Shown: positions 1 through 10,953, counted from the first letter of the stretch. The stretch: DNA of 64,000 nt from an uncultured archaeon (GCA_964558645.1 CAZLEV010000002.1:256001-320000), one strand, 5' to 3'. Made by a program: numbers and translations. Notes: generated from the sequence alone by a model not told the origin.

Positions 1-114
1 ATGCATCGACAAAACGATTATTTTCTGTCATCAGGGAGTTCAGAGTATCGAGGTCATGTTCTGTTATGCATCTGTTGAATCCGGAAACTACATCAATCGC
101 GCGTTCCTTGCTCA

Positions 115-417
115 TCATATTCTCGGCTCCCGACGATAGTGCGAAGAAATCTTGTTTGGAGCACGACCCCCATCATCGTACGAGAGAGGACGAGGATGTC
201 TATCTGTCCCACAACAGGCATAATCGCATAGTGTGGTAATCACAGCATAGATGAGGAAGCCAAGCACTATTGCCAAGAACTCCAGAGGATGGTCCAGAGG
301 GGAACCGACAAATGTCAGGGTAAAGACAACGAAGAAGACAGTAGCTATGACTCCCATCGCAAGATATCTCATTACAGGAGGCTTGTTCTCTTCCTCTGGA
401 TTCATGAAGATAACCAC
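115..417 (-). CDS. Small hypothetical membrane protein (2 TM)
   Basis: 100-aa ORF with two hydrophobic segments; no family recognised. Confidence 0.5.
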   Translation of the reverse strand: MVIFMNPEEENKPPVMRYLAMGVIATVFFVVFTLTFVGSPLDHPLEFLAIVLGFLIYAVITTLCDYACCGTDRHPRPLSYDDGGRAPNKISSHYRREPRI

Positions 418-592
418 ATCTTACTGATGACGCTTCTTTACAGCTGAGGTTTCAGCTGGTTACACGTAGACGAGTTTGCTTTTCACTGATTCGCAAATGA
501 CTGCCAGCCACAGTAGTCAGCTCGAGAGTAAAGATATTTCAAGAGTACCTCGTCCTAGCATGTCATATCTTATCAGAATCTGGTGCACAGAA

Positions 593-1723
593 ATGGAACG
601 AGTTCAGAGTCCTTCATATCGAAACTTCGGAGAGCCGGCCCTAGTCATCATCGCTGCGGGAGCGGTCTTGACTCTTTCGACGCTGGTTTACTTCTTGATA
701 GCGTTGTTCGTCCCATTCGTTTCGTACCAGGGGGTGATGGCCAATCTATACAGCGGATTCATCTCCCAGATGGTCACTGCGATGGTTCTGCTCCTGATGC
801 TCTCACCGCTTAAAGTGAGAAGAGTTGACTATGCGAAGCCCGATATGAAAGGGCTCAAACAGACGATGCTTACCATTGCGGGTATCATGGGCGTCATGCT
901 CGCGGGAACCCTCGTACTGAACTCTATGTTCCTACTGCTCGGCCTCATCCCTGAAACTGGCTATACAGGTGTGATATTGATTGGCGAAGAACACCTTGCC
1001 GATCCTATGAACGTGGTCATCTTCTATGCAGTCGGAAGTGTTGGAGCCCCGATATTTGAAGAACTGCTATACAGACGAATCACCATCCCGATGTGCGAAT
1101 CGCGGGGGATGGGAACGTTCAGCGCCGTCTTTACCTCAACCCTAGCCTTTGCATTTGCCCACGTCCCCCTGGACATTCTGAATGGGAATCTTGCTGGCGC
1201 CACCCTACACTTCTGGACCACTTTCATCACAGGATTTGGTCTGGGCGTTCTGTATGTCCTGACACGTAACATCCTCTTCCCGATTCTTGTGCATGCTGCC
1301 TTCAATGCGCTCTCATTCACGGCATACATAGGGACGTTGACAGAGAGTCTGCTGTACTTGACAGGATTAGTTGGACTGCTCTACTTGATATTGATACCTA
1401 CTGGCTTGATAACCGTGTTCTACTACGGTTTCTGGAGATCAGAAAGATACGAAAAATGGCAGAGTCTGAAAGATGAGCCCCTTATGGGGAAATCAACCAA
1501 GGCCATCATATTCTTTGTGGGCCTCTACCTCATCATACTGACGCTTCTCGAAGTCGGTGATATTGCCCTGTGGGCACTGATAGGTACACAGGATGTGCTC
1601 TACTACATTCTCTCCATGACCGTTGTCAACCTTATGGTGGCAACCCTCGGTTTCACTATCGCCTCAAGAGCACAACGTATCAAGACGCCCAGAAAGCTCG
1701 AAGCCGAAAAGTCATCCCGGTAA
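593..1723 (+). CDS. CPBP family intramembrane glutamic endopeptidase (Rce1/Abi-like CAAX protease)
   Basis: Motifs EELLYR, FAFAH, HAAFN in a multi-TM protein; ORF is open from 476, start 593 chosen for the upstream GGTG. Confidence 0.85.
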   Translation: MERVQSPSYRNFGEPALVIIAAGAVLTLSTLVYFLIALFVPFVSYQGVMANLYSGFISQMVTAMVLLLMLSPLKVRRVDYAKPDMKGLKQTMLTIAGIMGVMLAGTLVLNSMFLLLGLIPETGYTGVILIGEEHLADPMNVVIFYAVGSVGAPIFEELLYRRITIPMCESRGMGTFSAVFTSTLAFAFAHVPLDILNGNLAGATLHFWTTFITGFGLGVLYVLTRNILFPILVHAAFNALSFTAYIGTLTESLLYLTGLVGLLYLILIPTGLITVFYYGFWRSERYEKWQSLKDEPLMGKSTKAIIFFVGLYLIILTLLEVGDIALWALIGTQDVLYYILSMTVVNLMVATLGFTIASRAQRIKTPRKLEAEKSSR

Positions 1724-1868
1724 TGCTCTGCACGTTGAATTGTCCCATTGTTCGGAACGTTATAGGATATCTTATCCTATAGATGCGCGTATTGATATTC
1801 ATATCGAGAGCTAGATATGCAGATGATTAACAAATGCCATAAACCCGCATAGCTACATCTAAATCAAG

Positions 1869-2492
1869 ATGACTCTGTGGTTTTCGATATGCCTAGCGGG
1901 CTTCATTCTGATACAACCGATTCTCTACAAATCGTATGAACATGAGGCACTAAGGTCACGCTTCGAACCAGAGAAGGCGGAGAGAGTGGGCAGGATACTA
2001 GGAATAGTGAGCGGTTATGCATTCTTTGCCTTTTGGATTGGGTTGTGGATTGCCCCACAGCCAAGATTTGAGATTGGGTTCTTCCAAGAAGTCGTCATTG
2101 TGATACCGTTTTTGCTTCCCTATATCTCCTGGAGGGTTCCGATTGTCCATTTCCTTGCCGGTGCCGCTTTTTTCCTGCCGGGCGGATGGCTAGGACTCAA
2201 GGGAATGACCGAACTCACACTTCAAGTTTCACAGAGCCATAATCCAAGTGAGGTGGTCAGATCAGGCATCTACTCCAGTATCAGACATCCGCAATATCTT
2301 GGAGGATTATTGTCACATCTCGGGATGACACTGTTCCTATCATCTTGGCTATCGCTTGCCTGCACACCTATTGTTGCCGTAGTCATCTATATGCTATGCA
2401 GAAAGGAGGAGAGAGAGCTCATCAGGGAGTTCGGAGATGAATATAGAGAGTATAGGCAGCAAGTACCAGGGTTCATTCCTGATCTACACTAG
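1869..2492 (+). CDS. Isoprenylcysteine carboxyl methyltransferase (ICMT/PEMT) family membrane protein
   Basis: GIYSSIRHPQY and EERELIREFGDEYREYRQQVP motifs, several TM helices. Confidence 0.85.
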   Translation: MTLWFSICLAGFILIQPILYKSYEHEALRSRFEPEKAERVGRILGIVSGYAFFAFWIGLWIAPQPRFEIGFFQEVVIVIPFLLPYISWRVPIVHFLAGAAFFLPGGWLGLKGMTELTLQVSQSHNPSEVVRSGIYSSIRHPQYLGGLLSHLGMTLFLSSWLSLACTPIVAVVIYMLCRKEERELIREFGDEYREYRQQVPGFIPDLH

Positions 2493-2558
2493 GCTTGAGA
2501 AACATAGAGTCCCGATGGAACTACCATCGTATACTTGTTACTGCAGTTCAAACAGTGA

Positions 2559-2924
2559 TTATTCGATTCCAATCCTGCCAGCAATCTTTACAATCACAAA
2601 CACAACAAATGCCACGATTATGAATGTTAGCAAGGCTCCCGCAAAGTGGCCGACCCTGAACATGTAGAAAGTGATATCCTCCCAGTTAATCTCCCCCAGG
2701 GGTATCTGGACGATGGGCATAATCAAGTCGTTCACCAATGCTTGAACAAGATTTCCGATGTAGATGCCCAGGATGAAAGCCACAGCCAACCCTAGCACCT
2801 TGTACTTGCTCAAGAAGTTCACGAATTCATCAACGAATCCCTCAGGTTTCGGCTCCGGCGGAGCCGGTTCGAGAAGCTTTCTGATATTGCGTAATTCCTC
2901 CAGAATCTCGTCATTTCTCTCCAT
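2559..2924 (-). CDS. mscL: MscL-family large-conductance mechanosensitive channel
   Basis: EFVNFL..YKVLGLAVAFILG...LVQALVNDLIMP and G.F...LLTFIIVAFVVF match MscL S1/TM1/TM2. Confidence 0.85.
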   Translation of the reverse strand: MERNDEILEELRNIRKLLEPAPPEPKPEGFVDEFVNFLSKYKVLGLAVAFILGIYIGNLVQALVNDLIMPIVQIPLGEINWEDITFYMFRVGHFAGALLTFIIVAFVVFVIVKIAGRIGIE

Positions 2925-3003
2925 ATGATAACCACCTTTGACTGACGAGCTAATGGTATGGAGCCTGCCTTATACAGATATTGCATTTCTCGAAATCGGG
3001 ATG

Positions 3004-3615
3004 CTATTCCGTCCTGAGGGAGGCGGGAATCTCAAGTTCATCCGCAACGAACTGGGCCACATCGTTCCCATGGATAATCTCCAAGAGACGGAGACCTAAC
3101 GGGATGGATGACGCGACTCCTGCAGCAGTGATTACTCTGCCATCGAAGACGACTCGGTCATTCGTAACTTCGGCATAGTCCTCAAGCTCCCTCATGACAC
3201 TCCAATGAGTAGTGGCTTTCTTTCCCTCTAGAATTCCAGCAGCTCCTAAGATGAGAGCCCCAGTACAGACAGAGCAGATGGGTTTTGTCTTGCTGAACCC
3301 TCGCAGCCGATCAAGCATCTGGTTGTCCTGCATTACGTCTCGAATACCTCTCCCGCCTGGCACTATGACGAAATCATATCTCGAGGGGTCGTCTGTAATA
3401 GTATGGGGCTTAACAACCAGGCGATTAGCACACTCAATCGTTTTGAAGGGAGAGAAAATCTCAACATCCACGGGATCATCGATATCTAGCAGGCCCTCGT
3501 CAACGAGAGTCTTCACACTGGCTAGTATCTCATAAACTCCCGCAAAATCGAGCTCCTCAGCAAAGGGGAACAGGTATATTCCGATTTTCCTGACTTCTTT
3601 GAGTTCGAGGGACAT
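3004..3615 (-). CDS. DJ-1/PfpI family protein
   Basis: EELDF, VIVPGG, SVCTGA, ATTHW, ITAAGV motifs. Confidence 0.9.
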   Translation of the reverse strand: MSLELKEVRKIGIYLFPFAEELDFAGVYEILASVKTLVDEGLLDIDDPVDVEIFSPFKTIECANRLVVKPHTITDDPSRYDFVIVPGGRGIRDVMQDNQMLDRLRGFSKTKPICSVCTGALILGAAGILEGKKATTHWSVMRELEDYAEVTNDRVVFDGRVITAAGVASSIPLGLRLLEIIHGNDVAQFVADELEIPASLRTE

Positions 3616-3643
3616 AGTATCTTTCTCCTGCTTCGTTTCAGCT

Positions 3644-4897
3644 CTACTTGCTGACTGGACTCACGTTGCCGCTATCATGGACCACCAAGACATCGATATT
3701 CGTTCCCAGCTTGTCGATTGCTGCATCGATGGCGGCTTGAACAGTCTTGAAGCCCTTCATATGCATGCTACAGACTTTCTCGTCAGGCATCTCGGTGACC
3801 ATCCAGAGGTCATTCTTCTCCAGAAATGGAGGAACGGACCCCACTTTGTGCCAACCGAGCTCATAATCTTCCTTGACCTCAAGGAACTTCCGGTACATTT
3901 CCTCTACGCTTTCAGCGGATGTCATCATGCGTTCATAATCATCAGAACCAATCCCACCGGGACAGGCAGCAACTAGTACGAGAATCCCGCCGTCCCTTAC
4001 TGCCATGCGCGTGTTCTCAAATCCCTTGGCGCCTTGATAGAGATCTTGGTCAAGTGGCGAATGGACAACAGAGAGAACGAGGTCAGCGGGTCGCTCAATC
4101 TCGGGAGCGTAGATTTCGCGAGCGGTCTCCGCCCCCACATAGAGCTGCTTGAATATGTCACCAGCAACGACTCGAGCAACCTTTCCCTCGCCATCTTGGA
4201 TGATGTTGATTGCGAATGTGGGATGATTCTCTAGAAGTATGTGTACGGCTTCTTCCATGTCTTCGTGCAAGGGATTGCCTTCCAGATGAAGAAGCCGTGC
4301 CTCGTCCAGAAGTGCCATAGAGTGGTTGGCTTCTACAGTTTCATACGCGGCTATGCCAGGGAACAGGCTCTTCCGTCCGCCCGTGAAGCCTGCGAAATAG
4401 TGAGGCTCGATCGAGTTGATTGCAATGAATGCCTTGAAGTTGTTCACCGCAGCATTGAACTTGAGGGGGGTTCCACGACTGGTCGTGCCCAGTTCGTGCA
4501 TCTCACTCTCCTTTGCACTGTGAAGTATGACTGAATCACGAAGCTCATCATAGAACTCACCGAGGATGATGTCGCGAATGTCTTCCTCAGAGGGTCGTGC
4601 ATGGGTTCCACTTGCAATTATAATCTGGAACTCCTTGCCTTCAAGGAATGGTAATATCTCTCTTAGAACAACAGGCGTTGGAGTGCTCCGCGCATGGTCG
4701 TTCACAATCACCAAGAATGATTCGTAGGTCTTGACAAATGCTTCGAAGGAAACAGACTCTATTGGGTCATTCATCGCCTCTCGGATCATTGCGCTCTCAG
4801 ATTCTGAAGTCTGAACCGATTTTGGTTCAACGACGTGAACATTGCAGGTATCAGGAATCTCAATCTCTTCTTCAGAAACACTGTATTTGACTTTCAT
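3644..4897 (-). CDS. larA: Nickel-dependent lactate racemase family protein
   Basis: VNDHARSTP, ASGTH, EPHYFAGFTGGRKS, DLYQGAK motifs; start trimmed to MKVKY. Confidence 0.85.
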   Translation of the reverse strand: MKVKYSVSEEEIEIPDTCNVHVVEPKSVQTSESESAMIREAMNDPIESVSFEAFVKTYESFLVIVNDHARSTPTPVVLREILPFLEGKEFQIIIASGTHARPSEEDIRDIILGEFYDELRDSVILHSAKESEMHELGTTSRGTPLKFNAAVNNFKAFIAINSIEPHYFAGFTGGRKSLFPGIAAYETVEANHSMALLDEARLLHLEGNPLHEDMEEAVHILLENHPTFAINIIQDGEGKVARVVAGDIFKQLYVGAETAREIYAPEIERPADLVLSVVHSPLDQDLYQGAKGFENTRMAVRDGGILVLVAACPGGIGSDDYERMMTSAESVEEMYRKFLEVKEDYELGWHKVGSVPPFLEKNDLWMVTEMPDEKVCSMHMKGFKTVQAAIDAAIDKLGTNIDVLVVHDSGNVSPVSK

Positions 4898-5052
4898 GCG
4901 CAAGAAGATATCACCATGGTTAAATCTCGCAACGTCCAATATAGGTGTAAGGAAATGGCCAAATCCAGCCTTCTGCACCGATGGAAACATATTCTCTGGC
5001 AGTGTGGACTGCAACATGGTCTGTGAATGATGAATGAGAGGTTGCTCGAATA

Positions 5053-6183
5053 ATGAAACTTGATGAATTTCACTTGGAGAGAATACAGTCCAGATGGGAA
5101 CACGTGGTTGAGTACAACTTGAGCGAGAGTGGTATTGAGCCCCTGAGACTCAATGAACTGATCCCGGACAACAGGTTGCAGAGAACCATTCTGGAAACCA
5201 AGCTCGGCTATCCGCAGACAAATGGGACTATCCCCCTGCGAAGAAACATCAGCCACCTCTATGAAGAAGCAACAGAAGAGAACGTTCTCGTCACAAATGG
5301 CGGCTCTGAAGCAAACATGGTCAGCATTTGGAACATGGTGCATGAGAGTAAAGACCGAAAAGAGATTGTCATTGAACTCCCCAATTACATGCAGATATGG
5401 GGGTGTTCGAGAGCCCTTGGAGCTGATGTGAAGTCATTCTGGCTGACGAACGAGGATGGTGCGTGGGTCCCCGATATCGAGGGGCTGAAAGATGTTGTTT
5501 CAAACAAGACCGGGCTGATTGCGCTCTGTAACCCGAACAACCCAACAGGTGCAGTGATGAATGAAGAGCATCTGAAGGCAATCGCGGACATAGCAGAAGA
5601 CCACGGAGCATGGATACTCTCAGACGAGATCTACTCGGGAGCGGAGCTGATTGAAGAGAGAACTCCAACGATGTGGGACTACTATGACAAGGTACTTGTC
5701 ACCTCGGGACTCTCGAAGGTATACGCTCTGCCGGGTCTTAGAATCGGATGGATAGCATGTAAGAATGAGGACAAGGTGAGTGAGCTGTGGGCGTATTCGG
5801 ATTATACGAGCATTGCACCCTCGATGCTGGGAGATACACTAGGACAGATTGCACTCCAGCCTGAGATGCGAGAGTTGATAGAGAAGAGGACGAAACAGAT
5901 TCTGAGGGAGAATTGGGCCGCCATGGAGAGTTGGTTGGAAGAGAATGAAGATGTATTCGACTGTATTCCCCCTCAGGCATCTCCCATATGCCTGATCAAA
6001 TACGATGATGACATCAAATCTACGGAGCTGGCGGAGAGGTTGATATCGGAAAAGAGTGTCCTCATTGCACCCGGAGACCATTTTCTACTACCCCACAGAA
6101 TTAGAATCGGCTATGGTCATGACAGGAAGAGGCTCGTCAAGGGGCTTTCCCTCATCGCGGATTTTCTGAGAGAAGAGAAGTAG
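5053..6183 (+). CDS. PLP-dependent aminotransferase class I/II
   Basis: NPNNPTG, SDEIY, SGLSKVYALPGLRIGW. Confidence 0.9.
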   Translation: MKLDEFHLERIQSRWEHVVEYNLSESGIEPLRLNELIPDNRLQRTILETKLGYPQTNGTIPLRRNISHLYEEATEENVLVTNGGSEANMVSIWNMVHESKDRKEIVIELPNYMQIWGCSRALGADVKSFWLTNEDGAWVPDIEGLKDVVSNKTGLIALCNPNNPTGAVMNEEHLKAIADIAEDHGAWILSDEIYSGAELIEERTPTMWDYYDKVLVTSGLSKVYALPGLRIGWIACKNEDKVSELWAYSDYTSIAPSMLGDTLGQIALQPEMRELIEKRTKQILRENWAAMESWLEENEDVFDCIPPQASPICLIKYDDDIKSTELAERLISEKSVLIAPGDHFLLPHRIRIGYGHDRKRLVKGLSLIADFLREEK

Positions 6184-6204
6184 GTGGGGGAAGTCCCCAC
6201 CTTT
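6183..6204 (+). terminator. Hairpin plus T-tract after aminotransferase
   Basis: GGTGGGG(G)-AAG-TCCCCACC-TTTT directly after the stop codon. Confidence 0.5.
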
Positions 6205-6229
6205 TGGTCTTCAGAGGGCATGACTGATC

Positions 6230-7036
6230 TCAGTCTCTTGCGAGATAGAAGTCAGATATCTTCGTCTTCTTGACTACAGGTAGAATTGCAATCAGGATTG
6301 CAACCAGTATGGCTACTCCAGCCGCCGTGAAGAATATCACTGGACTCGCAATCTGCTTGAGTGCGATTCCGGTTGAGGCCCATATGACCACTAGGCCAAA
6401 GGCGAAGTCACGCCGCTGGATGAGCATGAGCAGGGTCAGAACAAAGGCCACAATCACCATTGCAGCAGTTGCAAACTCTTGAACTGCAATCGGAATCCCC
6501 GGAATGAGAACGTTCAATACAGATGCTACATTAGCTATGGTGGCTAGGGATATCCAGCCAAGATAGACACTCGCAGGCAGGTGTACTGCCAGCTTCTCAC
6601 GCAGGGGCACCTCTTTCAGTCCGATTCCGAGTCGCATGTAGATGAAGAGAAGTGAGACCAGAAGAAGCAAGATGGGCACTGTGGATGCCACTAACAGAAT
6701 GGGAATTCCAGCAGAGTAATGGAAGAGGAGTATCCAGACTACATTACCGATTGCTCCCAGAAGGTGCCAGTAACCAATCTTGGACAGATATTCAGCATGC
6801 TGCTGCGAGGGTCGTGCCTGATATATCATGAACACCACCAACAGTACGTAGATCGCACCCCAGATTGCGAATACCCAACCGGGTGGAGTGAAGAGATTGG
6901 GATAGGAGTCTGCAACATCGCCAGTAGAGACCCCATTGATTGGAATGATATTGGCCAGCGCATTCACAATCAGTGTCATCAAGATTGCGATGATGTTGAC
7001 CACTTGAAAAATCCGGTAATCATTACTTTCCGTCAT
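6230..7036 (-). CDS. TspO/MBR-related tryptophan-rich membrane protein
   Basis: NALAN..PING..TG.V...YPNLFTPPGWVFAIWGAIY and SVYLGWISLATIAN; start trimmed to MTESND. Confidence 0.8.
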   Translation of the reverse strand: MTESNDYRIFQVVNIIAILMTLIVNALANIIPINGVSTGDVADSYPNLFTPPGWVFAIWGAIYVLLVVFMIYQARPSQQHAEYLSKIGYWHLLGAIGNVVWILLFHYSAGIPILLVASTVPILLLLVSLLFIYMRLGIGLKEVPLREKLAVHLPASVYLGWISLATIANVASVLNVLIPGIPIAVQEFATAAMVIVAFVLTLLMLIQRRDFAFGLVVIWASTGIALKQIASPVIFFTAAGVAILVAILIAILPVVKKTKISDFYLARD

Positions 7037-7182
7037 GGTCGCACGAGATTTCACAATTGTTAATAAGGTTGTCCCTTCAAAGTAGGACGTATCTCCATTG
7101 CTCCCATTCTTCAATAAATGGAAGCGTGGGAGCATCAATCCTGCGTGGGCTAGCCGTTCGATTTTGAGTGAAGGCAGGAGAT

Positions 7183-7905
7183 TTACTCGGCCGCTTTGAC
7201 AGGCGCACCGCAGTACGGGCAGAATCTGTCCTCGGATTTCAATGCGAATCCACAATAGACACAAGCACCAGCAGCCTCCTTGACCGAATCAGGAATTCGA
7301 ACAGGTGTGGGTATAGTCCCTCCCGTGGAGGGATCAAACCAGATGTCAGTGGACCCACGTCTCTTCTCTCGGACGATGTGTTCTCTAGCCTTCTCTTGTG
7401 GTACACCGGCGCTGTCAGCAATATCGGACACAGTCCGACCAGAACCCAGACGAATCTCTCGAGCCACCTCAGAACGGCCACGAGTACTCTTATGCAGGGT
7501 CGATACGAGTGAGGCAATCAGGACAAGCAGGGGAATGAGAAAGAGCCAGCTTCTGGTGATCCAATATAGCCATCCAATGATTATGATGGGGATGAACGTC
7601 CCACAGGTCACTCCCTCCTCTCGCTGTCGTTTCCGGTCATAGAGGGGTTTGGTGGAGCGAGATGTCTTCTCGAGGGTGGGACCTGAGGTCGGAGTGTCAG
7701 CATCTGGCGCTCGCCAGTAGTCAACCTCTCTCTCGGTCCTGTTGATCTTTTCCTCTTCGGTTCTATCTGACACCAGCACGCATACCAAGATGAAGATGGG
7801 AATGAAGAGCCAACCATTACCTGTTATCAAGAACACAATGAACAGAACACCGATAGGAATCAACAGTCCCCGGTTACTGTCGTCGTCAAAGTCGTCCGTA
7901 TGCAT
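7183..7905 (-). CDS. Membrane protein with HTH-like segment and C-terminal zinc ribbon
   Basis: Two similar TM hairpins, TVSDIADSAGV HTH-like segment, CVYCG...FCPYCG. Confidence 0.75.
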   Translation of the reverse strand: MHTDDFDDDSNRGLLIPIGVLFIVFLITGNGWLFIPIFILVCVLVSDRTEEEKINRTEREVDYWRAPDADTPTSGPTLEKTSRSTKPLYDRKRQREEGVTCGTFIPIIIIGWLYWITRSWLFLIPLLVLIASLVSTLHKSTRGRSEVAREIRLGSGRTVSDIADSAGVPQEKAREHIVREKRRGSTDIWFDPSTGGTIPTPVRIPDSVKEAAGACVYCGFALKSEDRFCPYCGAPVKAAE

Positions 7906-7998
7906 TAAGATGGCCCCGTGTGAATGCGTGTCATCAAGAACGTGAACGCTTATTGGTCTTGCTTGTTGGGGGTTTTTCGGACCGCGTGAACGATTGTA

Positions 7999-9018
7999 TC
8001 ATCTTCTTCTTACAACAATCAATCCAACAGCTATCGCCAAAGCAACGAGTGCCATGAGTAGGAAGGGACTGGCTGGAAGTGTGGGGAGTGTTGGAGTACC
8101 GGTATCTGTAGTCGATGTTGTTGTGCTAGATGTCGTGCTCGTGGTTGTTGCACCTGTTGGGACCCATCCCGCAAGCCGTGCCGCAAGCCACCAGAAGGCT
8201 CGCCCCTTCTGTTCACAGCTTGTGTACGTGGTGTGGCCGGCCTCGTTACCGTTGAAGTCTGAATGTTCCACAGGGATGTCTAACGTTGTTCCTTCGTTCT
8301 CGTATTCGTATGTGGCGTAATCACCATTGCTCCAACAATCCAAGTCCGCAAAATCAAACAGAATCTTGCCATTCTCTTGACAGTATTCCCGAATTTGCTC
8401 GTTCCGTAACCACCTGTTGTATCCGTCAGCACCAGTGGATTGAGCGTTACAGGTCATGTACACAAATGTGACATCAGTATTTGCGTTCTCCAGACCAGAT
8501 ATAGTATCAAGATATGCTTGTGTCTGTGATTCAGAATAGTAGTTCAGTTGTGCGCACCAGGACCACAAGGAGATGGTGAGGGAGGGGTTTTCATCAAGAG
8601 TTGACTGTGTTAGCTGTAAGCCGCTCGTTGATTCCCAGTACAATTCGGGAGTGATATACGATTGATCCCCATTTCCATCGTAGATACACAGGGCTCCAAC
8701 CTCATCAGGCAGATATCGGTCTCCCCGCGATTGGCTGAAAGTCGAGTTAGCGGACTCGATTCGCGACAGTCCAGTGGTTACCTGACTGCCATGACTGGTA
8801 TGGGCGTAGTGTATCTTCAACTCGTCCTTGGCAGTATCGATCCATTCGGACGGAATCTGACCGAGCTCAATACAAGTATGGTCAATCAGAATATGCTCAT
8901 TTGACTGAGCAGGAAACCGCCGGTTCGATTGAGCCGGTGGCACTCCTGCATCGAACATAGTAATTGCAGAAACAAGGACTACAGCAAGCGTGATAGAGAT
9001 GAACCTGTGGGGCGGCAC
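7999..9018 (-). CDS. Secreted, C-terminally anchored hypothetical protein
   Basis: Signal peptide, globular domain (YAHTSHGSQ), Thr-rich linker, TM helix plus RRR. Confidence 0.8.
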   Translation of the reverse strand: MPPHRFISITLAVVLVSAITMFDAGVPPAQSNRRFPAQSNEHILIDHTCIELGQIPSEWIDTAKDELKIHYAHTSHGSQVTTGLSRIESANSTFSQSRGDRYLPDEVGALCIYDGNGDQSYITPELYWESTSGLQLTQSTLDENPSLTISLWSWCAQLNYYSESQTQAYLDTISGLENANTDVTFVYMTCNAQSTGADGYNRWLRNEQIREYCQENGKILFDFADLDCWSNGDYATYEYENEGTTLDIPVEHSDFNGNEAGHTTYTSCEQKGRAFWWLAARLAGWVPTGATTTSTTSSTTTSTTDTGTPTLPTLPASPFLLMALVALAIAVGLIVVRRR

Positions 9019-9150
9019 GGTCTTTTCCTCCTGTTTCTATCTGCCTAAAAAGATAATATCTCTTCTTCCGTGAAACCACTAGTCAGAACATTCAATTGTT
9101 TCAAGGACATTGGAACTCCCAGAAACATCCTAGCAGGAGAAACAGACGCG

Positions 9151-9660
9151 ATGGAAGAATCAAGATTATGGCTCATTGTCTTCACTCTCGTTATCTCGGC
9201 TGGAATCATGCTGAAGTTGGTACTCACTCCACTAGGTATTGATGTTGTAGTGGTCAATGGCGTCCGCCTTCTATCGATATTCTTGGGTATGTTGGGAGGT
9301 ATAGCTCTGGGAGAGTATCTGAAGATCCGTAAGAATGAGAAGACGGGGGATATCCTTCTTTCAGACCTCACGGAGGAGCTCAGAGTCAATCGAGAGCTGC
9401 TTGGAAAGGACATCCCATTGAGAAAGGGGTTCTGGATCCTTGGTGTGAGGTCAGGACGTGCGGAATATATACCCGAAACAGAGAGACGAATGCTTTGGGG
9501 AATCTATCCAGTAATCACGCACTACAACGACGATCTTGCTCAGGTCCATCGAGCCGAACTCATAGGTAAAGATGTAAGCCCCAAAGTTCAATCCGAGTTG
9601 GAACGACTTGCTGCAGATATTAGGAATAAGATTGACGAGTTCTTGGAGAGCCAAGATTGA
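9151..9660 (+). CDS. Hypothetical membrane protein
   Basis: Two N-terminal TM helices and a helical C-terminus; start trimmed to MEESR. Confidence 0.65.
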   Translation: MEESRLWLIVFTLVISAGIMLKLVLTPLGIDVVVVNGVRLLSIFLGMLGGIALGEYLKIRKNEKTGDILLSDLTEELRVNRELLGKDIPLRKGFWILGVRSGRAEYIPETERRMLWGIYPVITHYNDDLAQVHRAELIGKDVSPKVQSELERLAADIRNKIDEFLESQD

Positions 9661-9705
9661 TAGGTAGCATCTTACTGCCTATCCACAAAGAAACGGTGAG
9701 CGGAA

Positions 9706-10497
9706 ATGGTGATGTTCATATCCTGTTCGACCCTCGGTGGCCTGCGGACTGACTCAGACTCAGAGATCTTTCTCATTGACCAGATAACTACCCTTTACAG
9801 AGTCAAACACTCTGGATATGACTGTGTCGAACTATACTACCGGCCTCATCCGAGCTGGGTGAAAGACACGATAGTTGCAGCACTTGAAGACCTCGAGCTG
9901 GCCGCCTATTCCATCCATCTCCCCAAGTTTCTGTTTGGATATGAAGAGAACGAGTTCCGTGAGATTCTTGAGCATGCTTTCGGTCTGGCCGGTGATGCTG
10001 AGGTCGAGGTTGTAGTACTTCACCCACCAAATGAAGCTGATCTGAAAGGAGATCTCTGGCGCGGCTATATGGAGAGGATGTTAGAGGCCTGCAACGAGGC
10101 GAACTGCACCCTCACGCTTGAGATTGTTCCCTATCTGACGAATGTTCACGAGTTCATCCGCGACCAAGTCGAGTTCTATGATGAGCATGACTTGGGTGTA
10201 ACAATCGACCTTGAGTTCATGCATATCCAAGGACTCCGAATTGAAACCCTGATGGATATGTTTGGGGACAGGGTCAGCAATATACATTTCAGAGATAGTG
10301 ATGGAGAACTCCTAGACCAAGAGGGACGGAGAAAATACTTGGTTCCAGGCAGTGGAGAGATTGACCTGAAAAACGTCATCAAGGTGCTGAAAAACAATGA
10401 CTATGAAGGAGCGGTGACAGTGGAGGTTTCTCATAAGAAGCGTAAGGATATAGTCACAGCCAAGCAGTACCTTGACTATCTTCTCTCGATAACGTGA
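9706..10497 (+). CDS. Sugar phosphate isomerase/epimerase (xylose-isomerase-like TIM barrel)
   Basis: SIHLP, VVLHP, TLE, TIDLEF, IHFRD, PGSGEID, TVEV metal-binding pattern. Confidence 0.85.
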   Translation: MVMFISCSTLGGLRTDSDSEIFLIDQITTLYRVKHSGYDCVELYYRPHPSWVKDTIVAALEDLELAAYSIHLPKFLFGYEENEFREILEHAFGLAGDAEVEVVVLHPPNEADLKGDLWRGYMERMLEACNEANCTLTLEIVPYLTNVHEFIRDQVEFYDEHDLGVTIDLEFMHIQGLRIETLMDMFGDRVSNIHFRDSDGELLDQEGRRKYLVPGSGEIDLKNVIKVLKNNDYEGAVTVEVSHKKRKDIVTAKQYLDYLLSIT

Positions 10498-10596
10498 ACA
10501 TTTGTTCTGAGAAATGACCGTTATACATGACGTACGTCGCCACTGCAATCATGATGAGTATGTATCATCTCGCCAAGACGGAATGGAGGCCGAAGA

Positions 10597-10953
10597 ATGA
10601 GTTACTACCAAGACACTAGTGGAATGCTGTCGCGGAGGGAGCTAGCAGACCTAAGAAGATTGAAGGCTGTACGGGAAGCGCTGGATGAACTGAAACGAAA
10701 GGGAATCTCAACAGATATTCCAGTGTGTCCAAACTGCAAGAGCGTCCGATTGGTCGACCTGACATCTTATCATGATCTGGGATATATCGGATCATTCCAG
10801 CCTGCATACTACTGTCTGGACTGTGGGTGGTATGGTAGAGTACTGACAATCATGTCAAATCGGGATGAACAGGATGCAATCTTGAAGGACATGCGGGATA
10901 CATTTCCATCAATGCTTGATGATGTAGAATCGACAGAGAGAAACAGACCTTGA
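10597..10953 (+). CDS. Zinc-ribbon hypothetical protein
   Basis: CPNCKS and CLDCGW; GGAGG RBS upstream. Confidence 0.7.
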   Translation: MSYYQDTSGMLSRRELADLRRLKAVREALDELKRKGISTDIPVCPNCKSVRLVDLTSYHDLGYIGSFQPAYYCLDCGWYGRVLTIMSNRDEQDAILKDMRDTFPSMLDDVESTERNRP

